A stretch of 55,545 nt of DNA, filler included, from Hemiscyllium ocellatum (lineage: Eukaryota): the NCBI RefSeq assembly GCF_020745735.1. It is 2 parts of 2 records of this genome, joined end to end, with 100 filler letters (N's around TTAATTAATTAA, not from the genome) between each part and the next. Parts side by side here need not be neighbours in the genome. Positions count along the whole stretch, not along the records: positions 1 to 27,218 come from NC_083409.1; 1 more part is not named here. One strand, given 5' to 3'. Each line of letters starts with the position of its first letter. The first letter of the stretch is position 1. Position numbers and translations under genes: made by a program. Below are positions 1 through 11,099 of this stretch, one piece after another. The notes beneath the pieces were generated by a model. That model searched no databases, was not told the origin of the DNA, and was given only the letters and a program-made list of their open reading frames with translations.

Positions 1-118
1 AAACACGCAGACACAGGGAGAATGTGCAAACTCCACACAGACAGTCACCCAAGGCTGGATTCAAACCTGGGACCCTGGTACTATAAGGCTGCAGTGCTAA
101 CCACTGAGCCACCATGCT
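1..118 (-). mobile_element. HE1-type tRNA-derived SINE, 5' part, cut by the window edge
   Basis: GGAGAATGTGCAAACTCCACACAGACAGTCACCC...GTGCTAACCACTGAGCCACC is the reverse complement of the shark HE1 SINE head/body. The same motif recurs at about 9.6, 15.9, 16.7 and 28.6 kb. Confidence 0.85.
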
Positions 119-526
119 GATCCCCACCCCTGAGCCACCACTAAGCCACCAATGCCACCTGAAAATTCACCTAAACACACTTTTGCCAGTCTGGTCACTA
201 TATTCAGAAATTAAAGACCCCCCCCCCCCCATTTATAAGGGCTCTATCATATTTGCAGGTCTCTGTAAATTCCTTGCATTTGTATTCCTCCACATCCTTC
301 CCACTGGGTGGTGTCTTATTGACTGCTGTGAGGATTCTGTGGTCCTTGGTGTTCCTCTCTGATATTTGCCCCTGGCTCCCACAGCCCTGCCAAGTTAGTT
401 TAAACCCTCTCTAACAGTAGTAAACCACCTCACAAAAATCTAAAGCCCTCCCTCATGGATCCTCTTTCCAGCCCAGCAGTCACCTGTGTTCACCTCCTGA
501 TTCTATTCTCACTTGTGTGGGGTGCT

Positions 527-612
527 GCAAATGTGTTGCTGGAAAAGCGCAGCAGGTCAGGCAGCATCCAAGGAGCAGGAGAGTCGACGTTTCGGGCCTG
601 AGCCCTTCTTCA
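527..612 (-). mobile_element. Penelope-like element terminal repeat fragment with truncated hammerhead core
   Basis: AATGTGTTGCTGGAAAAGCGCAGCAGGTCAGGCAGCATCC...GACGTTTCGGGCCTGAGCCCTTCTTCA matches the terminal repeat that ends the GIY-YIG element at 6484-7790. The reverse strand reads TGAAGA-AGGGCTCAGGCCC-GAAACGTC with the first core C lost. Confidence 0.75.
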
Positions 613-1400
613 CTTGCGTGGGGCACTGGGAGTAATCTGGAGATTCCTACTTTTGAGTTCCTGCTACTAATTAGCAGCAGGAACTCAAAAGTAGGAAGCT
701 CCCAGATTACTTAAAAGTCGGAAGCTCCAAAACCTCTGACTGCAGGACTACATCCCTTTTCTCCCTCTGTCACTGGGACCGATGTGGACCACGAACTGCT
801 GCCTGTTCCCCCTCTCCCCTCAGGGTGGTCTGCAGCCGCTCAGTGCTATCCTTGACGCTGGCACCAGGGAGACAACACACCATCCTGGATTCCCATCTGC
901 AGCTGCAGAAACACCTATCGACTGCCTTCACTCTCCAATCTCCTCTCACTATCACTCTTCCAGTTTTCCTTGTGCCCCCCTGTACAGCTGGGTCCCCCCG
1001 TGGTGCCAGGGACTTCGCCCTGGCTACACTCCCCAGATGAACCATCATTCGCATCAGGATTCTGAACTGAATCCTGGTTGGAGAGTAGGATGTCTGGGGA
1101 TTCCTGTACTAGCTGCCTGGTCCTTTTGGACTGTCTGCTGTTCCCCATTCCCTCTCTCCCTGCATACTCTGAAGCTGCGGAGTGGCCACATCTAGAAACG
1201 TGCTCTCCACGGAGCTCTCAGCCTCACGGACACTCCGCACTGACACCAGCTGCTGCTCAAGCTCCAAAACCGGAGCTCCAACTGCTGTCACTGACCACAC
1301 TTCCTGTACTCATGGTATTCCAGGAGCTGGGAAACATTCTGAAGTTCCCACATGGATGCACACTCTCTCCACTCTTGGATAATCTCTTTGCAAAGTTCTG
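613..1400 (-). mobile_element. CR1 LINE ORF1 remnant (N-terminal coiled-coil region plus SGNH-esterase domain), degenerate
   Basis: Minus-strand ORFs 770-1054 (RVIVRGDWRVKAVDRCFCSCRWESRMVCCLPGASVKD...GEGEQ) and 1109-1300 (ELEQQLVSVRSVREAESSVESTF) resemble CR1 ORF1p (VIGDSIVR...RMVCCLPGARV.D). The frame continues as SKVGISRLLPVP at about 660-620. Confidence 0.8.
631..711. repeat. About 81-bp spacerless palindrome (fold-back duplication inside CR1 ORF1)
   Basis: 631-670 AGTAATCTGGAGATTCCTACTTTTGAGTTCCTGCTACTAA versus the reverse complement of 671-711, AGTAATCTGGGAGCTTCCTACTTTTGAGTTCCTGCTGCTAA: 2 mismatches and 1 indel. Confidence 0.95.
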
Positions 1401-1489
1401 ATGACAAACAGCTACTACAGCAGGGCTCAGAGTCCAGTGTTCAGTGGGTTCAGTGTTCCAGGGTTTTGGAGAAACTCTCCAAAAGACTT

Positions 1490-3850
1490 TAAGAAATAGG
1501 AGCAGAAATCAGCCATTCAGCCCATTGAATCTGCTCTGCCATTTGACCTTGGCAGATATGCTTCTCACCCCCATTCGTCTTCCTACTCCACAAGAATGTT
1601 CGATCCCCTTCACAATCACGAACCTACCTATCTCTGTCTTAAATACACTCAGTGACTTGGCCTCCCTGCCCTCTGTAACAATGAGTTCCACAGATTCACC
1701 ACCCTCTGGCTGAAGAAATCCCTCCTCATCTCAGGTCTAATGGGTCGGCCCTTCATTCTGAGGCTGTGCCTTGGTTAGCGAGTCTCTCCTGTTTTCGGAA
1801 ACATCTTCTCCACATCCACTCTATCCAGGCCTATCTGTATTCTGTAAATTTCAATAAGATCCCGCCTCGTCCTTCTAAACTCCATTGAGTACAGACCCAG
1901 AGTCCTTAACCATGCCTCATATGACAAGCCCTCCATCCCCAGGATCATTCTTGTAAACCCCTCCAATGCCAGCACATTGTTTCTTACAATATGGGTCCTA
2001 AATCTGCTCACAATATTCCAAATTCAGTCTGACCAGAGCCTTACACAGCCTTAGCAGTACATCTCTGCCCTTGTATTCTGGCCCTATTGAAATGAATGCT
2101 AATATTTCATTTACCTTCCCAAGCACAAACCACACCTGCCTGTTCACCTTAAGAAAATCCTGAATGAGGTTTGTGCTTTAGATTTCCAAAGGCTTTCCTC
2201 ATTTAGAAAATACCTCCACACCCTGACTCCATTGATTCCTGAAAGATCATCAAAAATGTCTCCACAATCTCCTCAGTGATCTCCTTCAGAACACACTGGT
2301 GTAATTCATCTAGTCTGGGTGAGTTATCCACACTCAGACATTTCAGCTTCCCCAGTACCTCCTCCTTAATAATGGCCACTGCTCTCACCTCTGTCCCCTG
2401 ACAGTCTTGAAGGACTGGGACACTGCTGGTGTTTTCCATTGTGCAGACTGATGTAATGTATGGATTCAATTCCTCTGCTTTTTCTTCATTTCCTATTATT
2501 CTTTTTCCAATGTCTATTTCTGCCTCCATCTTCCTTTTTATATATCTGATGAAACTCTTGCAATCTTCTTTTATATTACTGGCTCGCTTTCCCCCACATT
2601 TCACCTTCGGTACCCTGAATGTGTTTTTTCAGTTATCCTCTACAGGTTTTTAAAGACTTCCTAACCCTCTGGCCTCCCACTATTTTCCACCACATTGTGT
2701 GCTTTTTCTTTTGCTTTTATGCTGTCCTTGACCTCCCTCATCAGCCATGGTTACATTGTCCTCCCCTTAGTGTGTTTCTTCTTTTTTGGGATGAATTCCT
2801 ACTCTGCTTCCTGAATTACCCCCAGAAACTCTGCTGTTTGCTGCCACATCATCTTACCTGCTCGGCTCCCCTTCCAATCAACTCTGGCCAGCTCCTTCCT
2901 CACGCCTTTGTCGTTCCCTTTACTCAACTGAAATACTGTACCATCTGATTACAGCTTCTCCCTCTCAAACTACAGGGGGAATTCTATCGTATTATGGTCA
3001 CTTATCCAGAAGGATACTTTCACCTTCAGCTCACTAATCAAGTTTGCCTCATTACACATCACTGAATCCAGAACTGCCTGTTCCAAACCGCAAGCTGTTT
3101 CAAAAACCATCTCATAGACATTCCATGAGAGACGTGCTACCCAATCCACCTCTCCATTTTTTTTAATGGATTTTCTGTCTCCTGATTGATTTCCTTCCCC
3201 ACACCCTGTTTACTGCTTGGAGACCTGAACTTGCATCAGATTCTTTATTTCTTGGGTTCCTCAACACTCCCCACACAGATTGTACACCTTCTGACTGTAT
3301 CTTTCTTGCTATTGATTTAAAGTCATTTCTTACTAACAAGGCAACTCCTGTACCTCTGCTCTTCTGCCTGTCTTTTTGATAGATCATGTATCCTTGGATA
3401 TTTAGTTCCCAGCCCGGATCCCCTTACAGCCATGTCCCTGTGATACCCACAACATTGTACCTGCCATTTAATTACAACACCCTCAGTCCTGCATTGACTG
3501 CCCTCCTTCTCATCATTGTTCCTCTTATCTGATGTGCTTGACATTTGATTCCTGATCCCTTCCATGCTCTCAGTCCTATTACATCTTCCAGAATCTTTGC
3601 TAACCTCTCCTGAGCCCTCCTCCACTTTAACTAGTTTAAGTTACTTGGAAACTCAATTTACCTCGATTTGGGGCATCACTTTGTCTCCCTGACTCGGAAT
3701 GCTTCGTGCATTTAGACACAAAATCTTTAAGGTTGATCTATTCTTGACTTTCCCTGCACTTTTATGGCATCTTTGATATTCAAAAATTCCCTCCCTTCCT
3801 TTTATTTTTTGGTAACAATCAATCCCATCACTAACCAGCAATCCTACCTT
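1490..3850 (-). mobile_element. CR1 LINE ORF2 (APE, linker, 3' end) with the RT core deleted
   Basis: ORF fragments include LKILCLNARSI (APE start, about 3730), EELNPYITSVCT...VDNSPRLDELHQCVLKEITEEI...IFQES (2203-2604) and LRTLGLYSMEFRRTRRDLIEIY (1775-2011). IFQES joins directly to the post-RT segment near 2215. Confidence 0.85.
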
Positions 3851-4106
3851 CTCCTTTACCTTCCATTTTCACATTTTCCATCCAACTGAACCAAATTCCT
3901 TTCTCTTTGGGTTGAGTTCAGGACAATATTTATCCTTGAACCAAAATCATGAAGAATGCTCTTTGATCTTATTGCTTCCAGTGGGATCTTGCTGTGTAGA
4001 AATTGGCTGTCCCTTTCCTGAAATTGCAACAGTGACTGGTTTTCAAGCAAAGTGTAACTGTCTTTGGGAGAGTCTGAGGTGCTGAGGGCTTGATTGAAAC
4101 ACAATT

Positions 4107-4860
4107 AGAGTCATAGAGATGTACAGCATGGAAACAGACTCTTCGATCTGACTCATCCATGTCAACCACAGAGACATAGAGTCATAGTGTCATAGAGATG
4201 TACAGCACAGAAATAGATCCTTCTGTGTAACTTGTCCATATCGACCAGATAACCTAAATTAATCTAGTCCCATTTGTCAGTATTTGGTCCATATCCTTCT
4301 AAACCCTTCCTATTCATATACTCACCCAAATGCCTTTTAAATGTTATCATACCAGCCTCCACCACTTCCTCTGGCAGCTCATTCCAAAAATGTACCACTC
4401 TTGCAGGAAAACATCATGCCTTAGTTCCCGTTTAAATCATTCTCCTGATACTTTCCACCTATGCTCTCTAGTTCTGGACTCCTTCACTCTGACCAAAATA
4501 TCTTCTCTATTCACTTGATCAATGCCCCTCATTATGTTAGAAACCTCGATATGGTCATCCCTCAGCCTCCAGCGATCCAGGGAAAATAGCCTCAGCCTAT
4601 TCAGCCTCTCCCGATTGCTCAAACCCTCCAACTTGGCAACATCTTTGGAAATCTTTTCTGAACCAGTTTAAGGTTCCCAACATTTTTCCTACAGCAGGGA
4701 GGCCAGAATTCCACACAGTATTCCAAAAGGGGCCAAACTAATGTCCTGTACAGGTGCATCAGCTCCTAACTCCAATACTCAATGCACTGCCCAATAAAGG
4801 GAAGCATGCCAAGTGACTTTGTCGCTCCCCTACCTACCTGCAACTCCACTTTCAAGGAAC
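4107..4860 (-). mobile_element. CR1 LINE 3' fragment with duplicated tail
   Basis: Minus ORF 4437-4631 (LNRLRLFSLDRWRLRDDHIEV) and a tail ending in (ACTCTATG)-type repeats at 4110-4200. Confidence 0.85.
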
Positions 4861-4967
4861 TAATCTTTTTTGGGATGAACTGGGAGTCTTTCAGAGGTGC
4901 TTTTCCTAAACACCCTGTTCAGAAACAAACTTCTTGCTTTCACACTCAACTAAAAATAAGATAAAGG

Positions 4968-5310
4968 AGGTGATGATTTAATGGTACTATCGCTGAGCTG
5001 TTCATCCAGAGATCCAGATTAATGTTCTGGGGGCCAGGGTTAGAATCCTGCCGCAGCAGATGGTGGAATGTGAATTCAATTTTAAAAATCTGCAATTAAG
5101 TGTCTAATGATGACCATGAAACAATTATTGATTGTCAGGAAAAAGCCATTTGATTCCCTGATGCCCTTTAGGGAAGGAAACTGCCATCCTCACCATGTGA
5201 CTCCAGACCCACAGCAATGTGGTTGACTCTAAACTGCCCTCTGGGTGATGAGGGATGGGCAATAAATGCTGATCCTATCAGTGACACTCACATCCCAAGA
5301 AGCAATTTAA
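4968..5310 (+). mobile_element. tRNA-derived SINE (GATGGTGGAATTTGAATTCAAT...GGGCAATAAATGCTG family)
   Basis: tRNA-like head with B-box-like GGTTAGAATCC, and a 3' tail shared with the LINE end at about 20070. Related copies lie at 12470-12800, 14930-15180, 34400-34700 and 40190-40510. Confidence 0.75.
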
Positions 5311-5440
5311 ACAATGCTTGTTTTTTTATGGGGATTGTTAGGTATTGGCTACAAATGTTCAAACATTTTATCAATGAATATTCTGAGAGTTGAAATCCCT
5401 TCAAATGGCAGGGATTAAAATTGTTTCTCTTGTCTTTCAG

Positions 5441-5725
5441 GCCGTGAGAACTCTCAGCCCAAGCTGACCCTGCTGCCCCCCCTCCCCGGAGCAGGTCAAT
5501 GCCAAGGGCACTGCCACCCTGGGGAAGAAGGACGGTGCAGTCATTTCGGACGGGGTTCAGACCAGCAACTACCTGCGAGCTTTGGACAGCACCTACAGTG
5601 TCAGCAGCCTGCTGACCCTCCCTGGGTCTGACTGGGAGTCCAATGCTCGCTTCTCCTGTGCCCTCACTCACGTGACCCTCCCCTCTCCCCTCAGCAAGAG
5701 CATCAGGAGATCAGAATGTGTGTAG
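5441..5725 (+). pseudogene. IGKC: Ig light-chain constant exon, shark kappa/type III class, pseudogene (copy 1)
   Basis: Acceptor TTGTCTTTCAG| then xRENSQPKLTLLPP; C7 run at 5476-5482 (+1 frameshift); ...EQVNAKGTATL; a 45-bp deletion at 5522/5523 that removes VCLANHFYPDELAVQW (first Cys and Trp); then KKDGAVISDGVQTSNYLRALDSTYSVSSLLTLPGSDWESNARFSCALTHVTLPSPLSKSIRRSECV-TAG. Length 285 = 329-45+1. Confidence 0.93.
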
Positions 5726-6251
5726 AGTGTTTGAGACAGTCCACAGAGGAGACACAACTTTAAATAGAACAGGGCTGAGCTGGCAGGACAAAGGTCATTG
5801 TCAGCACTGAATTTCAACTCTCATCCTGCTCAGGACTGGCTCAGAGACACTTCTGAATTTCAGGGGTTATGGCAGTTCATTGGGACAGTGTAGATAGGGC
5901 TTTACGCTGTGTCAAACCCCATGCTGTCCTTGTTCTGGGAGTGTTTAATGGGGACAGGGTTGACTTGTGATGCCAAGTAAAATCTCTTGAAGTTGCTGAA
6001 GACTGTCAGTTGTACAAAACAATGTGAACCTCAGAAGTCTCTGCTTCAGTAAACCAGATCTCCTTCCTGCTCAGCTGCCAGTTCCAATTTAAGGTTTTGT
6101 GACTGTTTGAAGGGACAGGATTCTCATGTTATTGAGCAAACCTCCACAAGTGTTTTCCTCAAGCTCCAATGTGGCTGTGAATTTGAGCAGCTTCCTCTGT
6201 CTGGGCTGTTAATTGCTGACTGTTTTCTGTCAATGTCAATCTGGAAAAGGG

Positions 6252-6257
6252 AATAAA
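6252..6257 (+). promoter_or_regulatory. Polyadenylation signal of C-kappa copy 1
   Basis: AATAAA about 530 nt after the stop. It is conserved in copy 2 (TTTATT at 22165-22170) near the end of the shared homology block. Confidence 0.6.
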
Positions 6258-6483
6258 GATGAAGAAGATTCAGTCCCTGTGTCTGTCTGCTTTGGAGACT
6301 GACCACTCCATTCAGCTGATTGGCTGTATTTCAGCATGGCATTGTCACAATTGGCTAATTGGCCTGTCAATCAATGACACATCCGTTGTAGAGGATACTG
6401 ACAGCCAATCATCAATCACTTTCAAATTATCCCTTTGATCTGGAATCATTGGATGTTACCAGATTCCAAACAGATCTCCATTA

Positions 6484-7790
6484 ATGACAACCTGGACCAT
6501 CTCTGACACCTCCCTCCCCTTCCTGGAACTCTCCATCTCTATTAATGAAACTGACATTTTTTACAAAACCCACCGACACCGAGGATTCCACCTCTTCCCA
6601 ACCCACCTCTTGCAAAAATGCCATCCCGCATTCCCAATTCCTCTGCCTCCGCCATATTTCCTCCCACCACAGAACACACCAGATGGCATCCTTCTTTAGA
6701 GACCGCAATTTCCCTTCCCATGTGGTCAAAGATGTCCTCCAACGCATCTCGTCCACATCGACCCCTCCACCCTCAAACCCCACCCCTCCAACTATAAAAA
6801 GGACAGAACCCCCCTGGCGCTCCCCTTCCACCCTACCAACCTTCGCATAAACCACATCATCCGATGACATTTCCGCCACCTCCAAATGGACCCCACCACC
6901 AGGGATGTATTTCCCTCCCCACCCATTCCTGCTTTCCGCAAAGACCGTTTCCTCCATGACTACTTGGTCAAGTCCACACCCCCCAACAACCCACCCTCCT
7001 TTCCTGGCACCCTCCCCTGCCACCACAGGAATTGCAAAACCTGCGCCCGCACCTCCTCCCTCACCTCCATCTAGGGCCCCAAAAGAGCCTTCCACATCCA
7101 TCAAATTTTTACCAGCACACTCACCAATGTCATTTATTTTATCTGTTGCTCCTGCTGTGGTCTCCTCTACATTGGGGAGACTGGACGCCTCCTTGCAGAG
7201 CGCTTTAGGGAACATCTCCGGGACAACCACACCAATCAACTCCACCGCCCTGTGGCCCAACATTTCAACTCCCCCTCCCACTCTGCCAAGGACAGGCAGG
7301 TCCTGGGCCTCCTCCACCGCTGCTCCCTCACCACCCGACAACTGGAGGAAGAACACCTCATCTTCCACCTCGGAACACTTCAATCCCATGGCATCAATGT
7401 GGATTTCACCAGTTTCCTCATTTCCCCTTCCCCCATCTCACCCCAGCTCCAAACTTCCAGCTCAGCACCATCCTCATGACCTGTCCTACCTGCTTATCTT
7501 CCTTTCCACCTACCCACTACAGCCTCCTCTCTGATCTATCACCTCCATCCCCACCCCCATCCACCTATTGTACTCTATGCTGCTTTCTCCCCAACCCCCT
7601 CGCATTTATCTCTCCACTTTGCAGGCACCCTGCCTCTATTCCTGATGAAGGGCTTTTGCCCAAAACATTGATTTTCCTGCTCCTTGGATGCTGCCTGACC
7701 TGCTGTGCTTTTCCATGACCACTCTGATCTAGCCTCTGGTTTCCAGCATCTGCAGTACTTGTTTTTAACCAAGAAACAGAAAGTTGTGAG
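6484..7790 (+). mobile_element. Penelope-like retroelement, 5'-truncated (RT thumb, GIY-YIG endonuclease, terminal repeat)
   Basis: TWTISDTSLPFLELSISI..TDIFYKPTD...CKNAIPHSQFLCLR (RT C-terminus), then C..CGLLYIGETGR.LAERFREHL and AQHFNSPSHSAKDRQVLGLL...EEHLIFHLGTLQ (GIY-YIG), followed by the terminal repeat at 7630-7790. Confidence 0.88.
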
Positions 7791-8159
7791 GACTCAATAA
7801 TTACAATCTTAGGCAATTCTTCTTCACTCTGTGGTCCAGGCTCAGATGCTGGGATTGCACTCTTTGCTGCATGCTGTGTTGTACCTGAAGTGATCTTAGG
7901 CCAATCACTGACACTGCAGGCTGCGTGTCCCTCTGAGTGCGAGTGTACTACATAATGCTGTCTGGAGGTGCCAATCTGAGGGTGGGTGTGTTATTCACAG
8001 AGACACCTACAAGCAGCATGGAGCATGTTACTCAGTGCTGCCTGACTCTCTGAGTGTGTGTGTTACTCAGTGTTGCCTGTAGGTGTCTGTGTGTGTGTGT
8101 TATTCTGCACTGGCTGTAGGCAGTGCAATGATGTGGAGATGCTGGTGTTGGACTGGGGT

Positions 8160-8362
8160 GTACAAAGTTAAAAATCACACAACACCAGGTTATAGTCCAA
8201 CAGGATTAATTGGAAGCACACTAGCTTTCGGAGCGCCGCTCCTTCATCAAGGGAGTGTCCTCCACAACCACCTGATGATGGAGTGGCGCTCCGAAAGCTA
8301 GTGTGCTTCCAATTAAACCTGAGGGACTATAACCTGGTGTTGTGTGATTTTTAACTTTGTAC
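8160..8362. mobile_element. Inverted pair of PLE terminal repeats (92-bp arms, 19-bp spacer) carrying hammerhead cores
   Basis: 8160-8251 versus the reverse complement of 8271-8362: 6 mismatches in 92. The right arm has CTGATGA-TGGAGTGGCGCTCC-GAAA-GC-TA. Confidence 0.85.
8269..8303 (+). ncRNA. Minimal hammerhead-ribozyme motif (PLE type)
   Basis: CUGAUGA at 8272-8278, stem II GGAG/CUCC, GAAA at 8293-8296, G-C 15.2/16.2 pair, UA cleavage site, 3-bp stem I (CAC/GUG). Confidence 0.55.
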
Positions 8363-8539
8363 CTCAATGAGTGTGAGTGTGTTACTCTGTGCTGCCTGTC
8401 GGTGTCTCTGAGGTATTTGTCTCCGAGTGATGGGGAGAGAATGGGTTTTGTGATGGGGATTGAAGATTAGGCTTTAATGTCGTCAAATCTCAGGAGAAAA
8501 ACAACTCAGTCTGAGATGGCAGCTCATTGAGGTGGCCAA

Positions 8540-8640
8540 GGTTAAAAATCACACAACACCAGGTTATAGTCCAACAGGTTTCTTTGGAAGTACAAGCTTT
8601 CGGAGCACTGCTCCTTCATCAGGCAGCTAGTGGGGCAGGA
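8540..8640 (-). mobile_element. PLE terminal repeat, same family as 8160-8362, hammerhead core intact
   Basis: The reverse strand reads CTGCCTGATGAAGGAGCAGTGCTCCGAAAGCTTGTAC (stem II GGAGC/GCTCC; GAAA-GC-TT). Confidence 0.75.
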
Positions 8641-9094
8641 TCATAGTTCACAGAATTTACAGTGAAATTGAGATGGCAGCTGAGAAAGGTGAATACTGAG
8701 AGTGTATTCTCAGGAAGAGAGGGATTTCAGAGGCAGTGCACAATGTGCTCCCTAATGTGCTCCCCAATTACAAGGGGATTTTCTGGAGCTGGGATCATTG
8801 CAGTAGTGGCTGTCTGCTCAGCCAATGCTGACTAGCCATAGTCGTATTTCAATGGTCAATTAGCTCTAAACTAGATGCAGCAATATTACCTTACAGGGAG
8901 GAGAGCAGTGACTGAGGTTGAATTCTTGCAGACCCAAGAGGGATTGCAGTGGATTAACTTTGGGCATAAGCTCTTCATTAGGTATGGAAGGAAGGCCAAC
9001 CTCTCCCAAAGGCAGCAACAGGCTGGATCAAAGGGGCGTCAAGAGTAAGCATGGGGAGATTGAGGTGTGACCAAAGGAGGTGGTTGGTTGGCTG

Positions 9095-9215
9095 GCAGTT
9101 TGTTATTCAGAGTCAGGTCCCAGAGTATCAGTCCTTCTGACACTCCCCTTTTTATCTGTCAGCCAGGGCTCCCTGATTGGACGAGGTTAAAAGCCCATCA
9201 AGGGGCTCATATTTT
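9095..9215. mobile_element. Probable LTR fragment
   Basis: CCTTTTTATCTGTCAGCCAGGGCTCCCTGATTGGACGAGG...GGGCTCATATT resembles CCAAT-box-bearing shark LTR sequences, judged from memory only. Confidence 0.4.
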
Positions 9216-9486
9216 ATTGAAAAAAAAAGCATTTATCAAACAAGGAGCACAAGAGCTAAACGAGACAAGACGAAATGAATGGTTTCATTACGAACGTCAC
9301 AAATGAGATTTGGGAAATAAGATGTGCATTCTGGGTGATGGGAATCTGGAATGGCCTGTCACAGACTCCACAGACTGTCACAGTGTGGACACAGGCCATT
9401 TGGCCCAACAAGCCAACACCAACCCTCTGAAGACAGACTCCCTGAGACACATTCCCCTACCCTTTTACTCAACATCTCCCCTGACT

Positions 9487-9705
9487 GACAGATTCTTGAT
9501 CACTGTGGCAATTTTAGAATGGCCAATTCACCTAACCTGCACATCTTTGGATTGTGGGAGGGAACTGGAGCATGCAGAGAAAACCCACACAGACACAGGG
9601 GGAGCGTGCAAACTCCACAAAGACAGTTACCTCGGGCTGGAATCGAACCCAGGTCCTTGGTGCTGTGAGGCAGCAGTGCAAACCACTGAGCCACCATACT
9701 GCACA
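9487..9705 (-). mobile_element. HE1-type SINE
   Basis: AATTCACCTAACCTGCACATCTTTGGATTGTGGGAGGGAACTGGAGCA...GCAGCAGTGCAAACCACTGAGCCACC. Confidence 0.85.
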
Positions 9706-10339
9706 TTAAAGAACAGGAGCTTTTGTTAAACTCCGTGAGCCTGACGTGATATGAATTATAAACACACAACCCTCTGTCAGGGAAGGTAGTGGAGGCTGGA
9801 AACCTTACAACATTTAAATATCATAACATGCAAGGATTTGGGATAAGTGCAGGAAATTGGGATTAGAGTCCCTTCAGCGGTAGTTATGCCAGTGCAGACT
9901 CAATGGGCCAAAGGGCCTTTTCTGTGCTGTATTAATCTACGCTCCATGCTGAGAGGGCAGTGCAGGTTAATGGTGACTAGGCTAGACAGTTCCAAGATGG
10001 CAAATCAATGATCAAGGGTCAGAGGAAATGGCTCAAGCTTCAGTGAAGGCCCAAGTAAGTGCTTGGGAGGAGCGTCAAGGCTAATGCAGACAAGGTCAAC
10101 GGAGACTGACTAAGGGCGTAGGGTGCTGCCTGGCAATCCAGGGGTTGTAGTGAGGCATGTGGGGACAAGAGGGGAGTGTGTAGGGAGGAAGTGCAGTTTC
10201 AGTTGAAATGCGATCTTTGCCAGCAACAACATGACCTTCAGTACCAGGGGGTGTCCCTGACTGTGTCAGGCTCACTGGCTGCTCTCTGTGTGATTCCACA
10301 CAGCCACCCATGTGGTCACCACGCAAGATCTTGCTCTTG

Positions 10340-10530
10340 TCTACGCTACTGTCTACACCACCATCTGCAACTACCGTCTGGACCTTCTGTCTACAACACC
10401 ATCTGCTCCCACCGTCTGCACCCTCAGTCTGCACCCAGCATCCACAGCCACTGTCTAGTCCCTCTGTTTGCACCCACCATCTACACCCACTGTCTACACT
10501 GCTGTCTGCACCCTCCATCTACACCTCTCA
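10340..10530. repeat. Degenerate minisatellite, about 12-bp unit (TCTRCACCCACC-like)
   Basis: Repeated GTCTACAC / TCTGCACCC / CCATCT motifs. This explains the low-complexity ORFs at 10096-10552. Confidence 0.75.
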
Positions 10531-11099
10531 TCTTTCTGCTGTTGTAAGATAGTATCCAATGATTCCATTGAGATTACTGCACCCGAAGCCTGAATTTTAG
10601 AACCGGCAATGATTGTCTTCTAACTCTGACCTACAAAGTCTGTGTTCCATGTAATAGAAAATTAACAAAATTAGCATTTACTCTGAAATCTAAAAGACAG
10701 TGCTTGACTAAAATTAAAACTTTCTGACACTTTGCTGAAGTATGCAGTCGAGGAGTATGCAGCTTTTCTCTGAGGAACTTTGTAAATATTCAACAAGAGA
10801 AAAATATAAGAACAGTCTGTCCACAACAAGGGAATGAAAAGAATAACAACTCAAATCTTCACAGTCTTTGTCCTTGACAGTGTGATAAGAAACAGGATAA
10901 GGCGAATATCTGAAATATGCTCAGGGCCCTTACACAAGGCATTTTTGTCAAGTGCATGTGGTTCCCCTGCAATTCAGAGGTTAAAAAAAATGAAGCTCTT
11001 TTTGGTTGCTCTTGCTAATAGTTGAGTCGAGTCAATTTAATTTCCACAACATTCCACAATGGGCTGAGTAATATTAATGACTGAATGCTATTTGATTTC

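Larger units (their letters stand above)
7980..8420. repeat. Low-complexity GT-rich tandem repeat (GTGTGTTACTCAGTGYTGCCTG units) interrupted by a PLE palindrome
   Basis: The unit is seen at about 8024, 8058, 8096 and 8378. Confidence 0.6.

Noticed and set aside
6481-7389. 302-aa minus-strand ORF and 209-aa plus ORF 6905-7534
   Set aside because: These are antisense or alternative-frame products of the C-rich Penelope element, not host genes.
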